Assembly: GCA_964526285.1 (NCBI GenBank)
Contig: CAZGIW010000007.1
Span: 3,828-67,827, forward strand
DNA from: an uncultured Bacteroidales bacterium
GTDB taxonomy: Bacteria; Bacteroidota; Bacteroidia; Bacteroidales; DTU049
Reading direction: 5' to 3'
DNA length: 64,000 bases
Shown: in pieces, positions 27,840 through 35,929 of the stretch
Layout of the letters: each line of letters begins with the position of its first letter
Position numbering within the stretch: the stretch's first letter is position 1
Notes under the pieces: generated by a model
Database searches by the model: none
Told to the model about the DNA's origin: nothing
The model's input: only the letters and a program-made list of their open reading frames with translations
Program-made: the position numbers and the translations under genes

Positions 27840-30788
27840 ATGAAGATAATCAGCATCATACTAATAATTTCCGGATTGATATTCATTCCGGCTTTGAAGA
27901 ATATTCAGCCAGGGCAGGCCGAAGAAACTACTGTTCATAAGTTGGCAGTGAGAGAAATGATGAGTGAAATTTATGCTGATTCAGTAATGAAAACACTCAC
28001 TTTGGACGAAAAAATTGCTCAGCTGATTATGATGGATGTATATCCCAACAAAAACGAAAGTTATTATAAAACAATTGATAAATGGGTAAAAGATAAGAAA
28101 GTAGGAGGAATTATCATTTTCAGAGGTGAACCAGGGGAGATTAACAGATTGACTCACAGGTATTCATCTCAGGCAACTATTCCATTATGGGTTGCGCTTG
28201 ATGCAGAATGGGGTGTTTCAATGAGAGTGGACAGTATTCGCCGATTACCCTATGCCATGACATTGGGCGCCATAACAGACAATTATATTGTTCGTGAGTA
28301 TGGTCAGTGGGTTGCATCCCAGTGTATTCGTCTTGGAGTGAATATGAATATGGCACCTGTTGCTGATGTGAACAATAATCCCAGAAATCCTGTTATTAAT
28401 TACAGATCTTTTGGTGAAGATCCTGAAAATGTGGCAATCAAAGCAATTGCATACTATATGGGAATGAATGATGAAGGTGTTGTTGCTGTGGGCAAACACT
28501 TTCCCGGGCATGGAAATACTGATGCTGATTCTCATTATGAACTACCGCTTGTTAATGATAGCAGACAAGTGATTGATTCAGTGCATTTGTTTCCCTTTAA
28601 AGAATTAATAAAGTATGGATTACCCGGAATTATGTCTGCACACTTGTACATTCCTGCTATTGATCCCAGTAATAATCTGGCAAGTTCTTTATCACCTAAA
28701 GTGTTAAATGATTTGCTTCTGCAGGAAATGAATTATCATGGAATCGTTATCACAGATGCACTGGGTATGCAGGGGGTAAGTGATCATTTTAAACCGGGAG
28801 AAATGGAAGTGTTGGCTCTATTGGCAGGTAATGATATTCTGCTGATGCCTCAGAAACCTCAGGTAGCAATTGACTCAATTAAAGCTGCTGTGTATTCCGG
28901 AAGAATTCCCCTTTCATTGATTGATGAAAAGTGTAAAAAAATATTGAAGTTTAAATATGTTTATTTGTCAGATTATCAGCTGATTGACAACGCTAAAGGA
29001 ATTCCTGCTGATTTGAACAATCAGGATTTGAATGACTTTATCTACAGGGTTCATAATCATGCAATGACACTGGTAGTCAATAATGACAGCCTGATTCCTG
29101 TAAAAGATGTTCAGGGAAAGAAGAATGTTGTAGTGAGTGTTGGACGTCAAACTGAAACTGAGTTTGTAAGAACAATGAAACAATACGCTGCCTTTGATCA
29201 TGTGATGGTAAGTCAGTCACCAGTTGAAATGGAAATCAACAGAACACTTTCAGCAATAGGAGATGCTGACAAGGTTATCATTTGCGTTTATGGGATGAAC
29301 AACTCAGCCCGTAAACGATATGGGATCAATGAATCTGTTGCCCGGTTTATTTACAGAGTCTCTTCCAGGCATAAGGTAGGTCTTGTTTTATTTGGAAATC
29401 CGTATGGTTTAAATTATTTGTCAGAGATTTCATGGCTCAAATCAGTCATTGTTGCCTATGAAGAATGTGAAGAAAGCGAGAGATCAGCAGCGATGGGAGT
29501 ATGTGGTTTATTGCCATTCAGGGGAAAGTTGCCCGTAAGTGCCGGAGGATTCAGTGCTGGAACTGGACATATTGATAGTTTTAAAAAGGGGTTGGAAATT
29601 GTTGACCCTCTGGATTTGAAAGTAAATTTGAAAGCACTTGAATCAATTGATAGTTGTGTGTTTGATGCTATAGATAAAGGTGCAATGCCTGGTTGTCAGA
29701 TTGTCATTGCATGGCATGGAAAAGTTTTCTTTCATAAATCATTTGGCTATCATACCTATGAAAATGAAATTCCCGTCCGAAATTCGGATCTTTATGATTT
29801 GGCTTCTTTAACAAAAATTCTGGCTACCACAGCTGCTGTTATGAAATTGTTCAGTGAAGAGAAAATTGCACTTAACGACCAGTTGAAGAAACATCTGTTA
29901 TGGACTCGTGATTCACCTATCGGCAATCTTACAATATCCGAAATCATGTGTCATCAGAGTGGTCTTGTGGGCTGGATTCCATTTTATAAGAATATTGTAA
30001 CAAGTGATTCTGTTAGAAATATTTATTTGGCAGATAAATATTCTCCTGAATTTGCTTTGCCTGTAGCAGATGACCTTTGGTTAATGACATCATATAAAGA
30101 CACTCTCTATCAAAAAATACTGGATACAAAGATTCAGAGAAAAAGATACAAATACAGTGATCTGGGTTTTATTTTACTGAGAGAGCTCATTGAAAATGTG
30201 ACAGGTGTGGGATTTGATGAATATCTTCATACAACTTTTTACAAGCCAATGCAGTTGAATACAATGACTTTTAATCCATTGGATAAATTCAATAAAAGCC
30301 GCATTGTTCCCACTGAACTTGATACAGTATTTCGCAATCAGTTGGTTCATGGTTACGTACATGATCCTGCTGCTGCTATGCTTGGCGGATTTTCAGGTCA
30401 TGCCGGATTGTTTGGAAATGCTTTGGATGTGGCAGCAATGATGCAAATGTTTCTGGATTACGGCAAATACGGGGGACACAGGTATCTGGATTCCACTACA
30501 GTTTCGAAGTTTACATCCAAACAGTTTCCAGCTAATAGAAGAGCACTGGGTTTTGATCGTCCTGATAATATGAGAGACAAAGGAAATTCCTGTGAACAGG
30601 CTTCTAATCTAAGTTTTGGTCACACAGGTTTTACCGGTACTTTTGCCTGGGCAGATCCAAAACATGGTCTTGTGGTTGTTTTTCTTTCAAACAGGGTGTA
30701 TCCTGATGCTGAAAACAGAAAACTGGGATCACTTAAAGTAAGGAAGAAAGTCCAGAAATATGCATACAAAGCCATACACGTTCAATAA
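27840..30788 (+). CDS. fusion protein: glycoside hydrolase family 3 (NagZ-like beta-N-acetylhexosaminidase) N-terminal half + serine beta-lactamase/DD-peptidase-like (class C fold) C-terminal half
   Basis: GH3 motifs KHFPGHGNTDADSH and VITDALGM. The C-terminal half carries the S-x-x-K motif in LYDLASLTKILATT plus HTGFTGT (a KTG-like box). Confidence 0.8.
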   Translation: MKIISIILIISGLIFIPALKNIQPGQAEETTVHKLAVREMMSEIYADSVMKTLTLDEKIAQLIMMDVYPNKNESYYKTIDKWVKDKKVGGIIIFRGEPGEINRLTHRYSSQATIPLWVALDAEWGVSMRVDSIRRLPYAMTLGAITDNYIVREYGQWVASQCIRLGVNMNMAPVADVNNNPRNPVINYRSFGEDPENVAIKAIAYYMGMNDEGVVAVGKHFPGHGNTDADSHYELPLVNDSRQVIDSVHLFPFKELIKYGLPGIMSAHLYIPAIDPSNNLASSLSPKVLNDLLLQEMNYHGIVITDALGMQGVSDHFKPGEMEVLALLAGNDILLMPQKPQVAIDSIKAAVYSGRIPLSLIDEKCKKILKFKYVYLSDYQLIDNAKGIPADLNNQDLNDFIYRVHNHAMTLVVNNDSLIPVKDVQGKKNVVVSVGRQTETEFVRTMKQYAAFDHVMVSQSPVEMEINRTLSAIGDADKVIICVYGMNNSARKRYGINESVARFIYRVSSRHKVGLVLFGNPYGLNYLSEISWLKSVIVAYEECEESERSAAMGVCGLLPFRGKLPVSAGGFSAGTGHIDSFKKGLEIVDPLDLKVNLKALESIDSCVFDAIDKGAMPGCQIVIAWHGKVFFHKSFGYHTYENEIPVRNSDLYDLASLTKILATTAAVMKLFSEEKIALNDQLKKHLLWTRDSPIGNLTISEIMCHQSGLVGWIPFYKNIVTSDSVRNIYLADKYSPEFALPVADDLWLMTSYKDTLYQKILDTKIQRKRYKYSDLGFILLRELIENVTGVGFDEYLHTTFYKPMQLNTMTFNPLDKFNKSRIVPTELDTVFRNQLVHGYVHDPAAAMLGGFSGHAGLFGNALDVAAMMQMFLDYGKYGGHRYLDSTTVSKFTSKQFPANRRALGFDRPDNMRDKGNSCEQASNLSFGHTGFTGTFAWADPKHGLVVVFLSNRVYPDAENRKLGSLKVRKKVQKYAYKAIHVQ

Positions 30789-30800
30789 ATAATTTAGCCT

Positions 30801-32918
30801 ATGGGTAGTAAAAAAACACCACAAAAAAAGCATAAACAACAACACCAAAATAAGGTTGTTCAAGAGCAGCCCAATCAAGTAAAAGGTTTTTTTAAAAATC
30901 CTAAAACTCCTTTATATCTGATGTTGTTAATTGGAGTGGCTACACTTGTTGTTTATTTCAGAGCAACAGGGTATGGATTTATTTATAACTGGGATGATGC
31001 AGGATACATTTTGAAGAATGATTATATCAAAACATTGAATATGTCTTCGGTTGCAGAAATATTCAGTTCGTTTTATATGCACAACTATCATCCGCTCACT
31101 TCGCTCACCTATGCTATTGAGTATAGCTTTGTTGGTGAAAGCGCCTGGCTATATCATTTGAACAATATTTTACTTCATCTTGCCAACACATGGCTTGTGT
31201 TTGTTCTGTTTACAAAAGTTTTTAAAAATCGTCAGCTACCCGCAATATTCATTGCAGCATTGTTTGCTCTTCATCCAATGCACGTAGAATCCGTGGCATG
31301 GATATCTGAACGGAAAGATGTTTTATATACACTCTTTTTTCTACTTGCTTTGATTCGTTATATGAAATATTTGGAAACAGGGAAAATGTCAGAATTTATC
31401 TATACTTCAATCTTTTTTCTCTTATCATGCCTCAGCAAATCTGCTGCTGTTACTCTTCCTGTTCTTTTATTTGCCTTTGATTATTTACAGAAAAGAAAAT
31501 TTTCCAAAATTCTGGTGCTTGAAAAAATTCCATTATTTGCAATTTCACTGATTTTTGGAATTCTTGCAATTCGATCTCAGGATACTGCAATACAGGATCT
31601 CACCCCAATGTTGTCTTTGTTTGAAAGAATTCTCATAGTTTGTTGGGGAACCCTGCTTTATATTGTAAAAACCATATTGCCTTTCCATTTATCTGCTTTT
31701 TATCCCTATCCACTTAAAATAGATGATGTACTGCCTTGGTATTATTATTTAGCGCCTCTTTTTGTTATTGCTCTCGGAATTGTCATTTGGTATTCCAAAA
31801 AATGGGGTAGAGAAGTAATATTTGGATTTGCATTTTTCTTTATTACCATTTCTCTTGTGTTACAACTCATGCCCGTTGGTGGTGCCATCATTGCCGAAAG
31901 ATATACCTATGTGCCATATTTGGGATTGTTCTTTATTATGGTTTTACCTCTAAGGGCACTATATGAGAATAAACAGGGAAGGGATTATAAAAATTCTTTA
32001 TTATACACCAGATTATTGACAATTCTTGTTGTCGTATTTTCAATTTTGTCATTCAATAGGGTTGCCTATTGGAAAGACGGAGATATCTTGTTTACAGATG
32101 TTATTGAAAAATATCCCAAATTTCCATATGCCTATAATAACAGAGGATTTTTATACTTTGATTATTATGCACTGAAATTCTATGCAGATAACGAAGTGAA
32201 AAAGAATGCTTACGTTGAAAAGGCATATAATGATTACACCATGGCTATTGGTCTTGACCCAACTTATGCTGGTGCTTATGCCAATCGTGCAGTATTATTG
32301 TATAATACAGGCAAGCCCCAGGCTGCTTTACAGGATTTTAATATTTTACTTACTTTAGATCCTGAAAATAAAGACGGTTTAATTGGAAGAGCAAATACAC
32401 TGAGCACGCTGGAAATGTTTGAAAAAGCTTTACCTGATTATAATTCATATCTCAAAATCAATGATGATGATGCAAAAGCGTGGCTATGGCGAGGCATTGC
32501 CTTTTCAAAAACAGGAGATAATGAAAGTGCTTTGCCCGATTTTGAAAAAACCATACAACTATTGCCCGATGATTATGAGGCATACTATTGGAAAGGAATC
32601 ACCCTGCATCAGTTGAAGAGGCATAAAGAAGCTGTGGAATTTTTAAGCAAAGCCATAGCATTTCAGCCGGATAATTATGAAATATACTCCTGGCGGGGTC
32701 TTGCATATTTTGAACTCAAGGATTATGATAAAGCCCTTGCAGATTTCTCAACTGCCATTGATTTGAATCCTGAAGAGCTCTCTTCATATGTAAACCGTAG
32801 TCTTTGTTATAACGAACAAGGACAGTATCAACTTGCTTTTAATGACTTGATATTTGCTGCAGAAAGAGGCATGCCAATAAGCCGGGACTATTATGAGAGT
32901 TTGGTAAGGAAGAAATAA
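30801..32918 (+). CDS. polytopic membrane protein (GT-C / TMTC-like N-terminal domain) fused to C-terminal TPR repeats
   Basis: About 400 aa of multiple hydrophobic helices, including a YHLxN(I/L)LLH-type segment (WLYHLNNILLHLANTW). These are followed by at least 6 TPR-like 34-aa repeats (AYxNRGxxY / AlxDfxxAIxLdP patterns). Confidence 0.65.
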   Translation: MGSKKTPQKKHKQQHQNKVVQEQPNQVKGFFKNPKTPLYLMLLIGVATLVVYFRATGYGFIYNWDDAGYILKNDYIKTLNMSSVAEIFSSFYMHNYHPLTSLTYAIEYSFVGESAWLYHLNNILLHLANTWLVFVLFTKVFKNRQLPAIFIAALFALHPMHVESVAWISERKDVLYTLFFLLALIRYMKYLETGKMSEFIYTSIFFLLSCLSKSAAVTLPVLLFAFDYLQKRKFSKILVLEKIPLFAISLIFGILAIRSQDTAIQDLTPMLSLFERILIVCWGTLLYIVKTILPFHLSAFYPYPLKIDDVLPWYYYLAPLFVIALGIVIWYSKKWGREVIFGFAFFFITISLVLQLMPVGGAIIAERYTYVPYLGLFFIMVLPLRALYENKQGRDYKNSLLYTRLLTILVVVFSILSFNRVAYWKDGDILFTDVIEKYPKFPYAYNNRGFLYFDYYALKFYADNEVKKNAYVEKAYNDYTMAIGLDPTYAGAYANRAVLLYNTGKPQAALQDFNILLTLDPENKDGLIGRANTLSTLEMFEKALPDYNSYLKINDDDAKAWLWRGIAFSKTGDNESALPDFEKTIQLLPDDYEAYYWKGITLHQLKRHKEAVEFLSKAIAFQPDNYEIYSWRGLAYFELKDYDKALADFSTAIDLNPEELSSYVNRSLCYNEQGQYQLAFNDLIFAAERGMPISRDYYESLVRKK

Positions 32919-32968
32919 ATATCAGATATTGAATTGTTTAGTCCAATAAAAAAGCTGAAGTTGTTTTA

Positions 32969-33232
32969 TTACTCATCTTCTTTTTTGCCTGCATTCATTA
33001 ATTGTGGGGTTGCTGGTTCTGCTGTTTTTTTGTTTTGGTATTGCTTTTTATCTGATGTCATAAGTTGAGGCGTTTCCTGAACATGTTTATCAGCTTTGTT
33101 TGTTAAAGTATCATCTTTTTGTGATGTAGTTTCAGAAACTGCCAGTTTAGGCTCAGTAGTGGTTTTCTCCTGTTGAGCAAAAATCAGTTGACTTGTGAAT
33201 ACAAATAGTAGTATACTTATGAGAGTTTTCAT
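32969..33232 (-). CDS. small secreted low-complexity (Lys/Thr/Gln-rich) protein
   Basis: Signal peptide ending IFAQQ and a twice-repeated (E/A)TPQLM motif. It lies 11 nt downstream of the collagen-like gene on the same strand. Confidence 0.5.
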   Translation of the reverse strand: MKTLISILLFVFTSQLIFAQQEKTTTEPKLAVSETTSQKDDTLTNKADKHVQETPQLMTSDKKQYQNKKTAEPATPQLMNAGKKEDE

Positions 33233-33243
33233 GATTTCATATA

Positions 33244-34425
33244 TTATTGAATAACAGATAAAGACATATGGTGTCCATCCAATCCGGGATTAACAATAGC
33301 ATCATAAGTTCCAAGAATTCCATCTCTTTTTGCCTGTACCGAAAGAGTGTAGTTTGCCCCAATGGTTAAACCAGTTAGAACTCTTGAAAAACTACAACTC
33401 CATGGAGTGACAGTACCTGTCATATCATCATAACTTTGAATTTTAGTATTTGTACCGCCTAAAGAAGCTCCATTGTTTAACACTCTGAATTGAACAAAGG
33501 CCATTGAATTTGTGTAACCATATCCTGCCACACTGAAATTGACATATGCAGTTGTTGTAATAGCTGTAAATGTAAAAGTCATAGCTCCAATAGTTGACCA
33601 GGAAGTAGTACTTATTGTATGAGATGCAGAAAGAGAAGATCCCTGAATTAAATTAACTCCCGGAGGTCCCTGTATTCCCTGAGGTCCTTGTGGCCCCTGT
33701 GGTCCCGCTGGTCCTGCCGGTCCTGTTGCTCCTGCTGGTCCCGCCGGTCCTGCTGGTCCCGCTGGTCCTGTTGCACCTGCCGGTCCCGCTGGTCCCGCTG
33801 GTCCCTGTGGTCCTGCTGGTCCTGTGGCACCTGCCGGTCCTGGATCACCCTGTGGTCCCTGTGGTCCTGCTGGCCCCGCCGGTCCCGTTGCACCTGCCGG
33901 TCCTGTTGCACCTGTAGCACCTGTTGGTCCCTGAGGTCCTGCTGGTCCTGCTGGTCCCGCTGGTCCCGCTGGTCCTGTTGCACCTGCCGGTCCCGGATCA
34001 CCCTGTGGTCCCTGTGGTCCTGCTGGCCCTGCCGGTCCTGCCGGTCCCGTTGCACCTGCTGGTCCTGCTGGTCCTGCTGGTCCTGGTGGTCCCGGATCAC
34101 CCTGTGGTCCCTGTGGACCTGTAGCTCCAATTATATCACATATGTTATACCATGTTGCTGTAGGTGCCTGATAGAAAAATACACACAAAGCATCTGTATC
34201 AAAAACCATCAGTCCGTTTGCCGGATTGGTAATAGCCAGCCTTTGTGAAGTATTCATCCGGGGAATCAACATCCCCTTGTCATTCGCAACCACATCAAGC
34301 GCTGCTGAAGGATCAGGCTGAGCTCCGGTTGGATTTATGCCTACGTTATACTGCGCATTGACAGTGAGATATAAAACTGTCAAAATCAGAAGAAATAAAC
34401 TTTTGAGAAAATACATTTTTTTCAT
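33244..34425 (-). CDS. collagen-like triple-helix repeat protein (N-terminal conserved head, ~52 uninterrupted G-X-Y triplets, ~135-aa C-terminal globular domain)
   Basis: Signal peptide, then a 157-aa run of GPA/GPQ/GAT/GDP triplets that I counted from the translation. The frame is uninterrupted and other-frame ORFs are artefacts of the repeat. Confidence 0.85.
   Translation of the reverse strand: MKKMYFLKSLFLLILTVLYLTVNAQYNVGINPTGAQPDPSAALDVVANDKGMLIPRMNTSQRLAITNPANGLMVFDTDALCVFFYQAPTATWYNICDIIGATGPQGPQGDPGPPGPAGPAGPAGATGPAGPAGPAGPQGPQGDPGPAGATGPAGPAGPAGPAGPQGPTGATGATGPAGATGPAGPAGPQGPQGDPGPAGATGPAGPQGPAGPAGPAGATGPAGPAGPAGPAGATGPAGPAGPQGPQGPQGIQGPPGVNLIQGSSLSASHTISTTSWSTIGAMTFTFTAITTTAYVNFSVAGYGYTNSMAFVQFRVLNNGASLGGTNTKIQSYDDMTGTVTPWSCSFSRVLTGLTIGANYTLSVQAKRDGILGTYDAIVNPGLDGHHMSLSVIQ
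33658..34128. repeat. GC-enriched coding triplet repeat (GGN-CCN-GCN type) encoding the collagen-like region
   Basis: Plus-strand text is dominated by ggtcc(t/c)gc(t/c)ggtcc units. Boundaries were computed from codon 100 (first Gly) to the Gly preceding VNLIQ. Confidence 0.85.
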
Positions 34426-34433
34426 AATGATGT

Positions 34434-35711
34434 TTATTTAATTAATGCTACGATTCCGTTTAATGTTTGAATTTTATTATTCATGTCACTGAAAATCACA
34501 TACCACACATAGACATCCTGTTTGCATTCAGAATCATTGTGTGTACCGTCCCATCCATTCTCCAGATTATTACTTTCAAATATTTGTTTTCCCCATCTGT
34601 CAAATATGTAAAAGACATATTCATCAGGTTCATAACCGTTGATAAAAGGTTTGAATTCATCGTTTACTCCATCTCCGTTAGGAGAAAATGCATTGGGAAC
34701 ATATACATATTCAGCCTGCTCTTCACCGGAAAGAGTCCACCATGCATAGAAATTCTGAGGTGTAATTATTGGAGTGGCTACAGTTAATGCAGCTGCATTT
34801 GCATCGCCTGCTGGTCCCCAGTCGTTCCATGAATTGCCATCAGTATTGTGTCTGATAGCTTTGAGTGAATTTCTGTTAATCCCGTGAGCTGATGGAAAAT
34901 CATACATGAAAGTGATATAAGCAGATGGTTTGCTGATGAATGTTGGTTCCACCAGCCAGAATCTATCAACTGTAATTGCCGGATCAAAGGGATCAAGTGA
35001 TGATATTCCCGAAGGCAATGGGTAATTTGTTGTAGATGTAGGAAAAGTTGAAAAACTCATAAAACCTTCATCAGATCCTGATGTAGTGATACTCAGATTT
35101 AAATCAAGGTCATTATTTGCTGAATTTCCTGTGCCAAAAGGTATTTCAAAATTTCCGCTGCTGTTTTCAATGTTCCACAATATTATTCCTAATCCCTGAT
35201 CAGGAGTGGTTTCAGAAAGAATAAAACCTGAAGAATAGGTAATGCCCTGTGGAGATGAATTATCAATGACAAAGGTGTTGGAATTAAGATCAAGAATTGC
35301 CTGCACATATAGCCTTCCGGCAACCTGACAAAAATCAGTCTGAAGTACCTTTCGACTGTTTTGTATATTCAGGTTTTCAAATCTTGTGGATGTGGTTCCC
35401 GAAATATTCTGAATTGCAGATCCGTTGAGAATTACTTCTCCGTCGGGAGCTGTTTCAATGTTGATGAATACTTCATTTGCTGAATTATTAATGAAATCAC
35501 GGTTGACTACCATCTTTCCATCAATATCCACAAAACCATCCTGACCTCCGGTTTGATTGATGTAATTGCCACCAATCACGAGCCAGGCTCCCTGATTAAT
35601 TACAATACCATTGCCATTATTAACAACATTTTGTGAATTAAGCTGTGAGAGTGATAATGAAAAAACTGCAAGCATGAACAATGCTTGCAAAATGGAGTAA
35701 AATTTTCCCAT
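34434..35711 (-). CDS. secreted protein with T9SS type B C-terminal domain
   Basis: Signal peptide. C-terminus [15 protein letters not shown]...[10 protein letters not shown]...WDGTHN...VYVWYVIF. Confidence 0.8.
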   Translation of the reverse strand: MGKFYSILQALFMLAVFSLSLSQLNSQNVVNNGNGIVINQGAWLVIGGNYINQTGGQDGFVDIDGKMVVNRDFINNSANEVFINIETAPDGEVILNGSAIQNISGTTSTRFENLNIQNSRKVLQTDFCQVAGRLYVQAILDLNSNTFVIDNSSPQGITYSSGFILSETTPDQGLGIILWNIENSSGNFEIPFGTGNSANNDLDLNLSITTSGSDEGFMSFSTFPTSTTNYPLPSGISSLDPFDPAITVDRFWLVEPTFISKPSAYITFMYDFPSAHGINRNSLKAIRHNTDGNSWNDWGPAGDANAAALTVATPIITPQNFYAWWTLSGEEQAEYVYVPNAFSPNGDGVNDEFKPFINGYEPDEYVFYIFDRWGKQIFESNNLENGWDGTHNDSECKQDVYVWYVIFSDMNNKIQTLNGIVALIK

Positions 35712-35740
35712 AAATAAATTTTTTCTTTTCCTTTGACTTA

Positions 35741-35748
35741 CAAATGTA
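35741..35748 (-). promoter_or_regulatory. -7 promoter box (minus strand TACATTTG)
   Basis: Exact TAnnTTTG on the minus strand, 30 nt upstream of the ATG at 35711. Confidence 0.4.
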
Positions 35749-35929
35749 ACACATGTCTAACAATCGGTTGTTAATATAAGTTAAAAAGTGTTAAAATAGT
35801 GTTAATTTGGGGTCTTGTTGGATATGCCCGAGAAAATGCAAATCATCTGCAAGTATATTTTATTAACGAAACAATTAGACACTCATCCTCTTAAACAGAA
35901 TCAGATTTGTATTTGCAAAGAACTTATAA

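Noticed and set aside
33648-34248. Long ORFs on both strands and in other frames inside the collagen-like gene (160 aa Q/D/R-rich on the minus strand; 186, 75 and 66 aa W/S/C/R- or L/V/P-rich on the plus strand).
   Set aside because: They are frame-shifted or antisense readings of the GGN-CCN-GCN triplet repeat. Their composition is extreme low-complexity, they have no start context, and the G-X-Y frame is continuous with a signal peptide and a globular C-terminus.
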